From NCBI GenBank assembly GCA_015055625.1, contig SVHU01000006.1:32325-56324 (forward strand): 24,000 nt of DNA. Direction: 5' to 3'. Within the stretch, counting starts at the first letter, position 1, and every line of letters starts with the position of its first letter. The notes beneath the pieces are model-generated. The model had not been told where the DNA came from. It did not search any database and saw nothing but the letters and a program-made list of their open reading frames with translations. The position numbers were made by a program, and so were the translations under genes. Shown piece by piece: positions 1-6,583 of the stretch. The stretch is from Clostridiales bacterium (GTDB taxonomy: Bacteria; Bacillota; Clostridia; Christensenellales; Pumilibacteraceae).

Positions 1-415
1 AGTGGTCAAAATCTTCAAGTAGCGCAAAGCAAAGCGCGTCCTTTACCGTGTTGTCGGATACGTGTTTGGCAAGAATGGCGGTAAGATCGACTGCAAGCTG
101 TTCGTAGCTTATTGTTGTTTCCAGTATGCTCTCGTCAAGCGGTTTTAGCGAGGATATAATCTTTTGCTGTTGCTGTTCGCGCCGTCTAATCATTGCAAGC
201 TCGCGTCTAATATCGTTGTTTGGGCAGTGTCTGGAAAAGTTGTGCATAAACCAGTTGGCTTCAAATTCTGTGCCGTTCATAAGAATTACACGCGTTTTGG
301 TGTAAGGCGAGGCGGTTTCTTTGTTGTAAGAATACGTGCCTATTTTTGAGTATGGCTCGTAAGTTTTTTCCACGGGTATTGCGTTTGCTTCGTTGAATGG
401 ATTAATTTTTTGCAT
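1..415 (-). CDS. hypothetical protein, 3' end cut by window edge (possible ferritin-like/di-iron fold, unverified)
   Basis: Not in the supplied ORF track because there is no stop in the window. Minus-strand ATG at 413-415, with an AAGGAG SD (rev-comp of ctcctt at 422-427) 6 nt upstream. Hand translation MQKINPFNEANAIPVEKTYEPYSKIGTYSYNKETASPYTKTRVILMNGTEFEANWFMHNFSRHCP... stays open to position 2. Confidence 0.7.
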   Translation of the reverse strand, partial: MQKINPFNEANAIPVEKTYEPYSKIGTYSYNKETASPYTKTRVILMNGTEFEANWFMHNFSRHCPNNDIRRELAMIRRREQQQQKIISSLKPLDESILETTISYEQLAVDLTAILAKHVSDNTVKDALCFALLEDFDH

Positions 416-515
416 AAAGTTCTCCTTATTTTAATAATACCTTGAGTTTTTCCAATACTTAGGTATTTTTATACATTATCATGAGTAAAAATTTTTTTAA
501 AAATTGTTTATATCA

Positions 516-544
516 TTGACAATGTTTTTTCAAAGTAGTAAAAT
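516..544 (+). promoter_or_regulatory. sigma-A type promoter for the DAHP synthase gene
   Basis: TTGACA (516-521), 17 nt spacer, TAAAAT (539-544), about 40 nt upstream of the start codon. Confidence 0.6.
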
Positions 545-584
545 TTTAGAGTAACAAATTTTAAGTAAAAGGAAGAAAGACATA

Positions 585-1613
585 ATGGGTATGACATTTG
601 AAAGAAAGCTTCCTATTCCTATGGAAGTAAAAGAAAGATATCCGCTTTCTGCATACGGAGAGCAAATCGTTTCAAAAAGAGCGGAGCAGGCTAAGGCAAT
701 TTTTTCGGGCAAAGACGATAGACTAATTCTCGTTATTGGTCCATGTTCTGCGGATAACGAGGATAGCGTTATCGACTATATTTCCCGTCTTAGAAAGGTT
801 CAGGATAAAGTTGAAGACAAAATCTTTATTATCCCCAGAATTTACACCAATAAGCCACGTACTACGGGCGACGGCTATAAGGGAATGGTTCACCAGCCCA
901 ACCCCAACGAAAAGCCAGATATGTACAAGGGAATCGTAGCTATCCGTGAGCTTCATATGAGAGCGCTTAACGAAACGGGATTTTCTTGCGCGGACGAAAT
1001 GCTTTATCCCGAAAATTACAGATATCTTTCCGATATCTTAGGCTACGTTGCAATTGGCGCGCGCTCGGTAGAAAACCAACAGCATCGTCTTGTATCTAGC
1101 GGTATTGATATTCCTGTCGGCATGAAAAACCCCACTTCCGGCGATATCTCGGTTATGATGAACTCTATCACCGCGGCTCAGCACAAGCACACCTTTATTT
1201 ATAGAGGTTGGGAAGTTCATTCCGAGGGTAACCCTTATGCTCATGCAATCTTAAGAGGTTACGTAAACAAGCACGGACAGGCTATCCCCAACTATCACTA
1301 CGAGGATATTTTACACCTTTGCGAAACGTACGAAAAGAGCGGACTTGAAAATCCTGCTATCATAATTGATACAAACCACTCAAATTCGGGCAAAAAATAT
1401 CTTGAACAAATCAGAATTGCAAAGGAAGTTTTACATTCTACCCGTCATAGCGCAGAGATCAAGAAAATGCTTAAAGGTCTTATGATCGAAAGCTATATCG
1501 AAGACGGCGCGCAAAAGATTGGCGAAGGTGTTTACGGAAAGTCCATCACCGATCCTTGTCTTGGCTGGGAAAAGACTGAACGTCTTATTCTTGACCTTGC
1601 AGATCAGTTGTAA
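585..1613 (+). CDS. aroG: 3-deoxy-7-phosphoheptulonate (DAHP) synthase, class I (AroF/G/H type)
   Basis: 342 aa ORF with an AAGGAAG SD upstream. Family-typical motifs are LVIGPCS, IYTNKPRTTGDGYKGM and IIDTNHSNS. The start could also be the second Met at 591. Confidence 0.9.
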   Translation: MGMTFERKLPIPMEVKERYPLSAYGEQIVSKRAEQAKAIFSGKDDRLILVIGPCSADNEDSVIDYISRLRKVQDKVEDKIFIIPRIYTNKPRTTGDGYKGMVHQPNPNEKPDMYKGIVAIRELHMRALNETGFSCADEMLYPENYRYLSDILGYVAIGARSVENQQHRLVSSGIDIPVGMKNPTSGDISVMMNSITAAQHKHTFIYRGWEVHSEGNPYAHAILRGYVNKHGQAIPNYHYEDILHLCETYEKSGLENPAIIIDTNHSNSGKKYLEQIRIAKEVLHSTRHSAEIKKMLKGLMIESYIEDGAQKIGEGVYGKSITDPCLGWEKTERLILDLADQL

Positions 1614-1617
1614 AATA

Positions 1618-1645
1618 AAGGAAGGGTTAAAATCCTTCCTTTTTG
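1618..1645 (+). terminator. rho-independent terminator of the DAHP synthase gene
   Basis: aaggaagg (1618-1625) / ccttcctt (1634-1641) hairpin with an 8 nt loop, followed by a T run. Confidence 0.8.
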
Positions 1646-1735
1646 AGTGGTTAGAAATAGATTGTTGTGTTGTGTGGAAGCACGCTAGGATATGTTTTTG
1701 TGCTTATCCTAATGTCAATCCGTAAACGATATAGA

Positions 1736-1764
1736 TGTAGGTAGACGACTGCCGAATCGCCCGA
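1736..1764. repeat. repeat module A, copy 1 (tgtaggtagacgactgccgaatcgcccga)
   Basis: Exact 29 bp match to the copies at 1831-1859 and 2053-2081. Confidence 0.95.
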
Positions 1765-1830
1765 AGCAACGTGACGTTGCATCCAATATGAGTGCTTTAG
1801 CAAAGCTAGTAATCAGCTACCGTTAGTTAT

Positions 1831-1859
1831 TGTAGGTAGACGACTGCCGAATCGCCCGA
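1831..1859. repeat. repeat module A, copy 2
   Basis: Exact 29 bp match to the copies at 1736-1764 and 2053-2081. Confidence 0.95.
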
Positions 1860-1875
1860 AATCACCACACAATAC

Positions 1876-1958
1876 GTCATTGCGAGCGGAGCGTGGCAAT
1901 CTCAATAGTCAAGCTAATCCTAAGAGATTGCTTCGTCACTATCGTTTCTCGCAATGAC
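1876..1958. repeat. long nested inverted repeat (potential ~83 nt hairpin)
   Basis: Outer arms are gtcattgcgag (1876-1886) and ctcgcaatgac (1948-1958). Inner arms are gcaatctc (1896-1903) and gagattgc (1924-1931). Confidence 0.7.
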
Positions 1959-2052
1959 AACAAAAAGGCAGTGCGCCTTCGCACCAACGTGACGTTGCAT
2001 CCGATATGTTGTACTTTTACTAACGTAAGTAATCAACAATCACAAGTCATTT

Positions 2053-2081
2053 TGTAGGTAGACGACTGCCGAATCGCCCGA
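2053..2081. repeat. repeat module A, copy 3
   Basis: Exact 29 bp match to the copies at 1736-1764 and 1831-1859. Confidence 0.95.
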
Positions 2082-2314
2082 TATAACTACGCTTATACGA
2101 TTTATAAAGTCAATCCGTAAACGGCATAGATGTAGGGGAAGATCTCATCTTCCCGAATTATAACTGCCCCCATCATATCGGCAGTGCGCCTTCGCACCGT
2201 GGCAATCTCTATAACAAAGCCTAATCATAGGTAAGCCTTCTCCTTTGGGGAAGGTGTCACCGTAGGGGACGGAAGGAGTAGAATATATTATCTTCCCAAA
2301 GTTATTACGACTAA

Positions 2315-2359
2315 TAAAAAATCGTCGGTATGCATTTGCATATCGACGATTTTGTTTTT
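2315..2359. terminator. bidirectional rho-independent terminator (serves the minus-strand gene 2377-3570)
   Basis: aatcgtcg (2320-2327) / cgacgatt (2344-2351) stem, with an A run upstream and a T run downstream, so it reads as hairpin plus U-tract on both strands. Confidence 0.75.
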
Positions 2360-2376
2360 ATTTAGTTAAAATTCAA

Positions 2377-3570
2377 TTAAGCGATTTTCTTAGCGCCTAC
2401 GTTTCTTACGATAGCTCCTGCAAGGTTTACAAGAGAAAGTACGAATACAACGATGGGGCAAGTTGCGCTATAAGTTACGTTACCGAACTTAACAAGCTCC
2501 TGCAATGCGTTAGCTGCAACGATAGAGAAGATCATGTAAAGAAGAGCAAATACAACGGTAGCGATGGGCATTCTAAGAGAAATCTTGGTGTTCATTGTAG
2601 AAAGATCATGAACAGCGTTCATTACGGAAGAAAGCATGATGATCATGAATACAATGTAAACAAAGAATGCAATCATTAACATACCAAATGCGTCAGCCTG
2701 CTTTTGAGTAACTTCGGAACCAAAAGACTTAACAACCGTTTCTAAAGAAACAGCAGCGGAAGCATTGGCTGTTGTATTTCCAGATGTTTCAGTAATAGTA
2801 TAAGCGGCTAAGCATACCATAATAAGTACGCAAACAACTTTTACGCCTGTTCCAACAATACCCATAATGGACTTAACGTTGATATAGGACTTAACGTCAA
2901 CTGCAATCTTGCAACCAATAGAAGCAAGAAGGAAAATTCCGCTAAGAACGATACCAGTAACACCGGCGTCATTTAATCCGGTAGCAATTGTTTGAGAACC
3001 ATTGGTAGCTTCTGAAGCTTCGAAGAAAGCATACAAGTTGGAAAGAACGAAGAAAGCAGCGAATGCAATTCCTGCAAACTTAAGGTAGTTGTTTTCTACG
3101 CCCTTAGAGATAGCTTTGATGCCTTTTACAAGAGCAATAATACTGAAAACGATAGTTACGATAATGAGCGCTAAGGTAGCAATCATACCAAATAACGAAT
3201 TAAACATATCAGCAATAGCTTTCTCGATAGAGATGCCAGCTCCAGTTTGACCAGCTAATTCAAGTTGCTTGAAAGTATCAGCGACAATTTCAAAGTAATA
3301 GAACAAGCCTTTGTTTTGTTCCTGTCCAAACAAACCAGTGGTTTTAATACCAACGGTAAAGAGGAAGATAAGAGCGAAAGCAACGGTAGCAAGAGCACAG
3401 CCGATGCCGATTTTGCCTACAATCTTCTTCCAGCCAGTAGGTGCCGAACCAGTTGTTTTCTGAGCTTCGGGTGCGGGAGCCGGAGCGGGAGCTTCAGCTA
3501 AATTTTCACCGCAAACAGGACAGAAAGCAACGCCGTCTTGAACGTTTTGTCCACATTTCTTACAAATCAT
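2377..3570 (-). CDS. zinc-ribbon domain-containing polytopic membrane protein, function unknown
   Basis: 397 aa. N-terminal CxxC-N12-CxxC (MICKKCGQNVQDGVAFCPVCG), a PAPAPAP linker, a TGWKK juxtamembrane motif, then many hydrophobic segments. GGAGAA SD upstream. Confidence 0.85.
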   Translation of the reverse strand: MICKKCGQNVQDGVAFCPVCGENLAEAPAPAPAPEAQKTTGSAPTGWKKIVGKIGIGCALATVAFALIFLFTVGIKTTGLFGQEQNKGLFYYFEIVADTFKQLELAGQTGAGISIEKAIADMFNSLFGMIATLALIIVTIVFSIIALVKGIKAISKGVENNYLKFAGIAFAAFFVLSNLYAFFEASEATNGSQTIATGLNDAGVTGIVLSGIFLLASIGCKIAVDVKSYINVKSIMGIVGTGVKVVCVLIMVCLAAYTITETSGNTTANASAAVSLETVVKSFGSEVTQKQADAFGMLMIAFFVYIVFMIIMLSSVMNAVHDLSTMNTKISLRMPIATVVFALLYMIFSIVAANALQELVKFGNVTYSATCPIVVFVLSLVNLAGAIVRNVGAKKIA

Positions 3571-3612
3571 AATTCATTCTCCTTTATTATGATAAAATTT
3601 TATAGTATCTTC

Positions 3613-3641
3613 ATTTTATCACACAACTGTCATAATGTAAA
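3613..3641 (-). promoter_or_regulatory. promoter of the 2377-3570 gene
   Basis: Minus strand reads TTTACA (3636-3641), 17 nt spacer, TGaTAAAAT (-10 at 3613-3618, extended -10 TG). Confidence 0.5.
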
Positions 3642-3723
3642 GCATTTTTTAAAAAATGTAGAAAATTTCTAGTAATTTTAGGAGGCAAAAAAAGTCGAAC
3701 TAAAAATATAATTATGTATTAGT

Positions 3724-3758
3724 AAACTAAAACCGCCCTATCGTGGATAGATAAGGCG
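3724..3758 (-). terminator. rho-independent terminator of the niaR / Q-rich membrane protein unit
   Basis: Minus strand cgccttatc / gatagggcg hairpin (3734-3758, one G-U pair) followed by ttttagttt. Confidence 0.7.
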
Positions 3759-3767
3759 ATTTGAGTT

Positions 3768-5888
3768 TTAATAACGTAGTTTAGAACTGATAATTTTTTT
3801 TGCAATGGTAACGCCCATAACGAGTAATGACATTACAAGATAGATAATCATAAATACCGGAACTCCAGTAGTGTTGTTGCCCATTATTGGCTGTAATTGA
3901 ATTATTATTATAATGTCCATAATGATACACAATAATGAAGCGGAGGAGTTGAATATATCAATCAACAGAGATTTATTATTGCTTTCTTTATCAATGTTTA
4001 CAATGGCTTTAGAAAGCGAAATGCAAAGCAGGATAATAATTGCAACGTTAAGTAGTAGGCTAAATATCGTAAATACAAGCGCAAGATTTGCATTAGATTG
4101 ATACTGGTTGTATGAGTATGGTGATGAAAACATAGAAACTATTAGCATTAGTATTTGCATATTATTCAATCTTATATCGCCACTTGAACTGTTAGACGAT
4201 ATAATGAAAGACATTGTTTCTACAACAAATGCGCAAGATACTGCTAAAAGAAGTATTTTACCTGCGTTGAAACAAAGTGTGATTACGTTCTTTTTAACAA
4301 AATACTCTCGTGGTTTTGCTATAATAGTCATTGAGATTACACTCAAAAGAGCAATTAACGTAAGGACAATACCAGCTATAGTAGCTTCGTTTAACGTTAC
4401 AGTTACAGATATAGACTGATAAGAACTATGTGTGGATTGTGAACCACAAACCAAGGTAGCAAATAGCATTGCACAACCAATAAAAGATATAACCGTATAA
4501 ACGCAATATCTAATAGGCGAGTTATAAGATTTTCCGGTAAGATATTTTATAGAATGAACTGTTGCTAGTATTGCAAATATAATGGGAAGAACAAGACACG
4601 TTATACTTATTAACGTTCCAAATACGCAGTAGAGTGTATAAGCTGTTTTGGAAATGTCGGTTAATGATGAACCGTAATTGTTGAACACATTATTCATTTC
4701 GGAATAAGCTTTGCCAAAGAAGAAGTAGATGTTTTTAGCGGTAGAAGAAGATGCGTTAGATATTGTATTATAGTTGCTTGATTCTCCGATAAAGAACGTA
4801 AAGATAAACGCAAGAACCGCACCGCTTAAAGCTAAAATTACAGATATTTTAGAAAGAGTTTTTCTCCAGCCTGTTGCTTGTCTTTGAACTGGAGCTTGTG
4901 GTGGTGGCGGAGCATAATTGTTTTGACTATATCCGCTGTTTTGCTGAGTTTGAACAGGTTGAGCGTAGTTGTTTTGTTGAATTTGTTGCGGTCTAACGTA
5001 AGAGGGCTGAGAAGGCTGAGCATAGTTGTTTTGCTGAACCTGTTGTGGCTGTTGAGTATAAGTAGGCTGAGCAAAATTATTTTGAATAGGTTGAGCGTAA
5101 CTGTTTTGTTGAACTTGCTGAGGTCTAACGTAAGTGGGCTGAGCTTGTTGCTGTGGGGCTTGGCTTGCGCGTGTTCCGCATTGAGTGCAAAACGTGCCTA
5201 TAAATTCGTTACCGCAAACGGCGCATCTATTCTTTGCTGGTGCGCTTACTCTTTCTATTTTAGCTCCGCAATTAGAGCAAAATTTTGCGTTAGTATCAAG
5301 CTGAACAGTTCCGCATGCATTACACTTCAATTCGTTTTGAACAGGTTGAGGTTGAACGGGTTGAGCGTAATTGTTTTGAATAGGTTGTCTAACGTACTGA
5401 GGCTGAGCGTAGCTGTTTTGCTGAACTTGTTGAGGCTGAGAAGGCTGTGCGTAGCTATTTTGTTGAACTTGTTGAGGCTGAGAAGGCTGAGCATAGCTAT
5501 TTTGTTGAACCTGTTGATTTTGAATGGGCTGGGCATAGCTGTTTTGCTGAACCTGTTGTGGCTGTTGAGTATAAGTAGGCTGAGCAAAATTATTTTGAAT
5601 AGGTTGAGCGTAACTATTTTGTTGAACTTGTTGAGGTCTAACGTAAGTAGGACGCGGAGGTATTTGCGGTCTAACGTAAGTAGGGCGAGGTGCTTCCGTA
5701 GTTTGTTCTACTTGGTTTGTATTAGCGTTGTCAATGTTTTGTTCTGCTTGGTTTTGCTCAATCGTATTGGTTTGAGATTGTAGTTGTTCGTTATGTTCTA
5801 GCGTATCACTAGAAGCAATTGGGTTTCCGCAATATTGACAAAAAGCTGAGCCGTCAGGCAGATTTTTGCCACACTTGGTGCATACCAT
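3768..5888 (-). CDS. triple zinc-ribbon, Q/N/Y-rich repeat, polytopic membrane protein, function unknown
   Basis: 706 aa. An N-terminal zinc ribbon (MVCTKCGKNLPDGSAFCQYCG) and two internal ribbons (CNACG...CSNCG, CAVCG...CTQCG). Two blocks of QQVQQNSYAQP-type repeats. An ATGWRK motif followed by a hydrophobic C-terminal half of about 350 aa. AAAGGAGAAAAA SD upstream. Confidence 0.85.
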   Translation of the reverse strand: MVCTKCGKNLPDGSAFCQYCGNPIASSDTLEHNEQLQSQTNTIEQNQAEQNIDNANTNQVEQTTEAPRPTYVRPQIPPRPTYVRPQQVQQNSYAQPIQNNFAQPTYTQQPQQVQQNSYAQPIQNQQVQQNSYAQPSQPQQVQQNSYAQPSQPQQVQQNSYAQPQYVRQPIQNNYAQPVQPQPVQNELKCNACGTVQLDTNAKFCSNCGAKIERVSAPAKNRCAVCGNEFIGTFCTQCGTRASQAPQQQAQPTYVRPQQVQQNSYAQPIQNNFAQPTYTQQPQQVQQNNYAQPSQPSYVRPQQIQQNNYAQPVQTQQNSGYSQNNYAPPPPQAPVQRQATGWRKTLSKISVILALSGAVLAFIFTFFIGESSNYNTISNASSSTAKNIYFFFGKAYSEMNNVFNNYGSSLTDISKTAYTLYCVFGTLISITCLVLPIIFAILATVHSIKYLTGKSYNSPIRYCVYTVISFIGCAMLFATLVCGSQSTHSSYQSISVTVTLNEATIAGIVLTLIALLSVISMTIIAKPREYFVKKNVITLCFNAGKILLLAVSCAFVVETMSFIISSNSSSGDIRLNNMQILMLIVSMFSSPYSYNQYQSNANLALVFTIFSLLLNVAIIILLCISLSKAIVNIDKESNNKSLLIDIFNSSASLLCIIMDIIIIIQLQPIMGNNTTGVPVFMIIYLVMSLLVMGVTIAKKIISSKLRY
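5019..5137 (-). repeat. dispersed direct repeat, copy 1 (partner at 5533-5649)
   Basis: About 118 bp with a handful of mismatches by eye. The copies are offset by 513 bp (171 codons, in frame). Both encode PTYVRPQQVQQNSYAQPIQNNFAQPTYTQQPQQVQQN. Confidence 0.85.
5392..5559 (-). repeat. in-frame 42 bp tandem repeat (about 4 units) encoding QQVQQNSYAQPxQP
   Basis: Units at 5434-5475 and 5476-5517 are near identical. Flanking units are degenerate. Confidence 0.85.
5533..5649 (-). repeat. dispersed direct repeat, copy 2 (partner at 5019-5137)
   Basis: See copy 1. The two copies bracket the two internal zinc ribbons. Confidence 0.85.
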
Positions 5889-5909
5889 AGGTTTTTCTCC
5901 TTTTGTAAT

Positions 5910-6431
5910 TTATTTATTGTCGTTTATAAGAATACCTAAAGCTGAAAGCGAAGCGATAATTCGTTCGTATGCCGATTCGTCTTTTACAGCAATGGTGTGT
6001 ATATGTAATCCGTCGGTTAGGTCGCATAGCAAACTAACGTCCGTTTCCGCGCTTTTTTTAGCAAATTCTTGGGCGTCAAAACGAGAAGAGATATTAAGGT
6101 CCGCCGAAATTTGACCGTAAAGCGAATGTTCTACCGTAACCGATACGACTTTTCCGCCGTTGTCGACGATTGCATAAAATTCGTCTAACGTTTTTTCTTT
6201 ACTGTGTTTGCAAATTACTGTTTTGTAGATGTCGTCGGATATTGTTTTGGGGACGGTGTATCCTAAGCGTTCGGAAATGATTTTTACACCGCTCGCTCTA
6301 AGCAACGCAACGTCGGATACTATTATTTGTCTTGTAACACCAGTAGCTTCTGCAAGCTTAGTCGCGCTAACTGGTTTTAGCGACGTAGAGAGAATATCTA
6401 TAATTTTTACTCTTCGTTTTTCTCCGCTCAT
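5910..6431 (-). CDS. niaR: NiaR/YrxA-type niacin-responsive transcriptional repressor (HTH + 3H domain)
   Basis: 173 aa. N-terminal HTH (KIIDILSTSLKPVSATKLAEATGVTRQIIVSDVALLRASGVKI). C-terminal 3H-domain histidines (VEHSLYG ... GLHIHTI). AAAGGAG SD upstream. Confidence 0.8.
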   Translation of the reverse strand: MSGEKRRVKIIDILSTSLKPVSATKLAEATGVTRQIIVSDVALLRASGVKIISERLGYTVPKTISDDIYKTVICKHSKEKTLDEFYAIVDNGGKVVSVTVEHSLYGQISADLNISSRFDAQEFAKKSAETDVSLLCDLTDGLHIHTIAVKDESAYERIIASLSALGILINDNK

Positions 6432-6459
6432 AAAATTTACTCCTTTTATTTCTTAATAT

Positions 6460-6488
6460 AGTTTAGCACAATAATACTACTTTTGCAA
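6460..6488 (-). promoter_or_regulatory. promoter of niaR
   Basis: Minus strand TTGCAA (6483-6488), 17 nt spacer, TGcTAAACT (-10 at 6460-6465). Confidence 0.5.
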
Positions 6489-6516
6489 GAATTTTTAAAC
6501 ATAATTTAGTAATATG

Positions 6517-6561
6517 TAAAAAATCTACCAAGCTAAACGTTGTGTGGTTTTAGGCTTGATA
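6517..6561 (-). terminator. rho-independent terminator of the glycosyltransferase-acyltransferase operon
   Basis: Minus strand ctatcaagcctaaa / tttagcttggtag stem (6525-6561, one bulge and one G-U) followed by attttttac. Confidence 0.7.
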
Positions 6562-6583
6562 GAGTATGTAATTTATCTCAATT

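Larger units (their letters stand above)
1714..2300. repeat. non-coding mosaic of short interspersed palindromic repeat modules (BIME/REP-like cluster)
   Basis: No ORF of 60 aa or more.
Module A: 29 bp, three identical copies.
Module B: gtcaatccgtaaacgNNatagatgtagg at 1714-1741 and 2109-2136.
Module C: caacgtgacgttgcatccRatatg at 1767-1790 and 1985-2008.
Module D: ggcagtgcgccttcgcacc at 1967-1985 and 2180-2198.
Module E: gtggcaatctcNata at 1893-1907 and 2199-2213.
There are also GTAGG...CCC(G)AA hairpin units at 2132-2157 and 2261-2300. Confidence 0.85.

Noticed and set aside
164-349. 61 aa plus-strand ORF at the left edge
   Set aside because: It is antisense to the longer open minus-strand frame (1-415), which has a proper SD and ATG.
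1519-1725. 68 aa plus-strand ORF spanning the aroG 3' end
   Set aside because: It overlaps aroG out of frame and runs through the aroG terminator hairpin into the repeat mosaic, with no SD.
1736-2081. Three identical 29 bp repeats that could suggest a small CRISPR array
   Set aside because: Spacing is irregular (95 and 222 bp start to start). The intervening DNA is itself made of other repeats. There is no leader or cas gene in the window. This fits a REP/BIME-like mosaic better.
4878-5783. 301 aa plus-strand ORF opposite the Q-rich protein
   Set aside because: It is the antisense mirror of the CAG/CAA-rich tandem repeats. It translates to a monotonous L/S/R/N repeat, has no SD, and lies entirely inside a much better supported minus-strand gene.
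6499-6517. acata-N9-tatgt inverted repeat upstream of the niaR -35, considered as a NiaR operator
   Set aside because: The arms are only 5 bp in AT-rich DNA, I cannot reproduce the published NiaR motif from memory, and the element abuts the terminator U-tract of the upstream operon. It is left as something to test with a real motif scan, not called.
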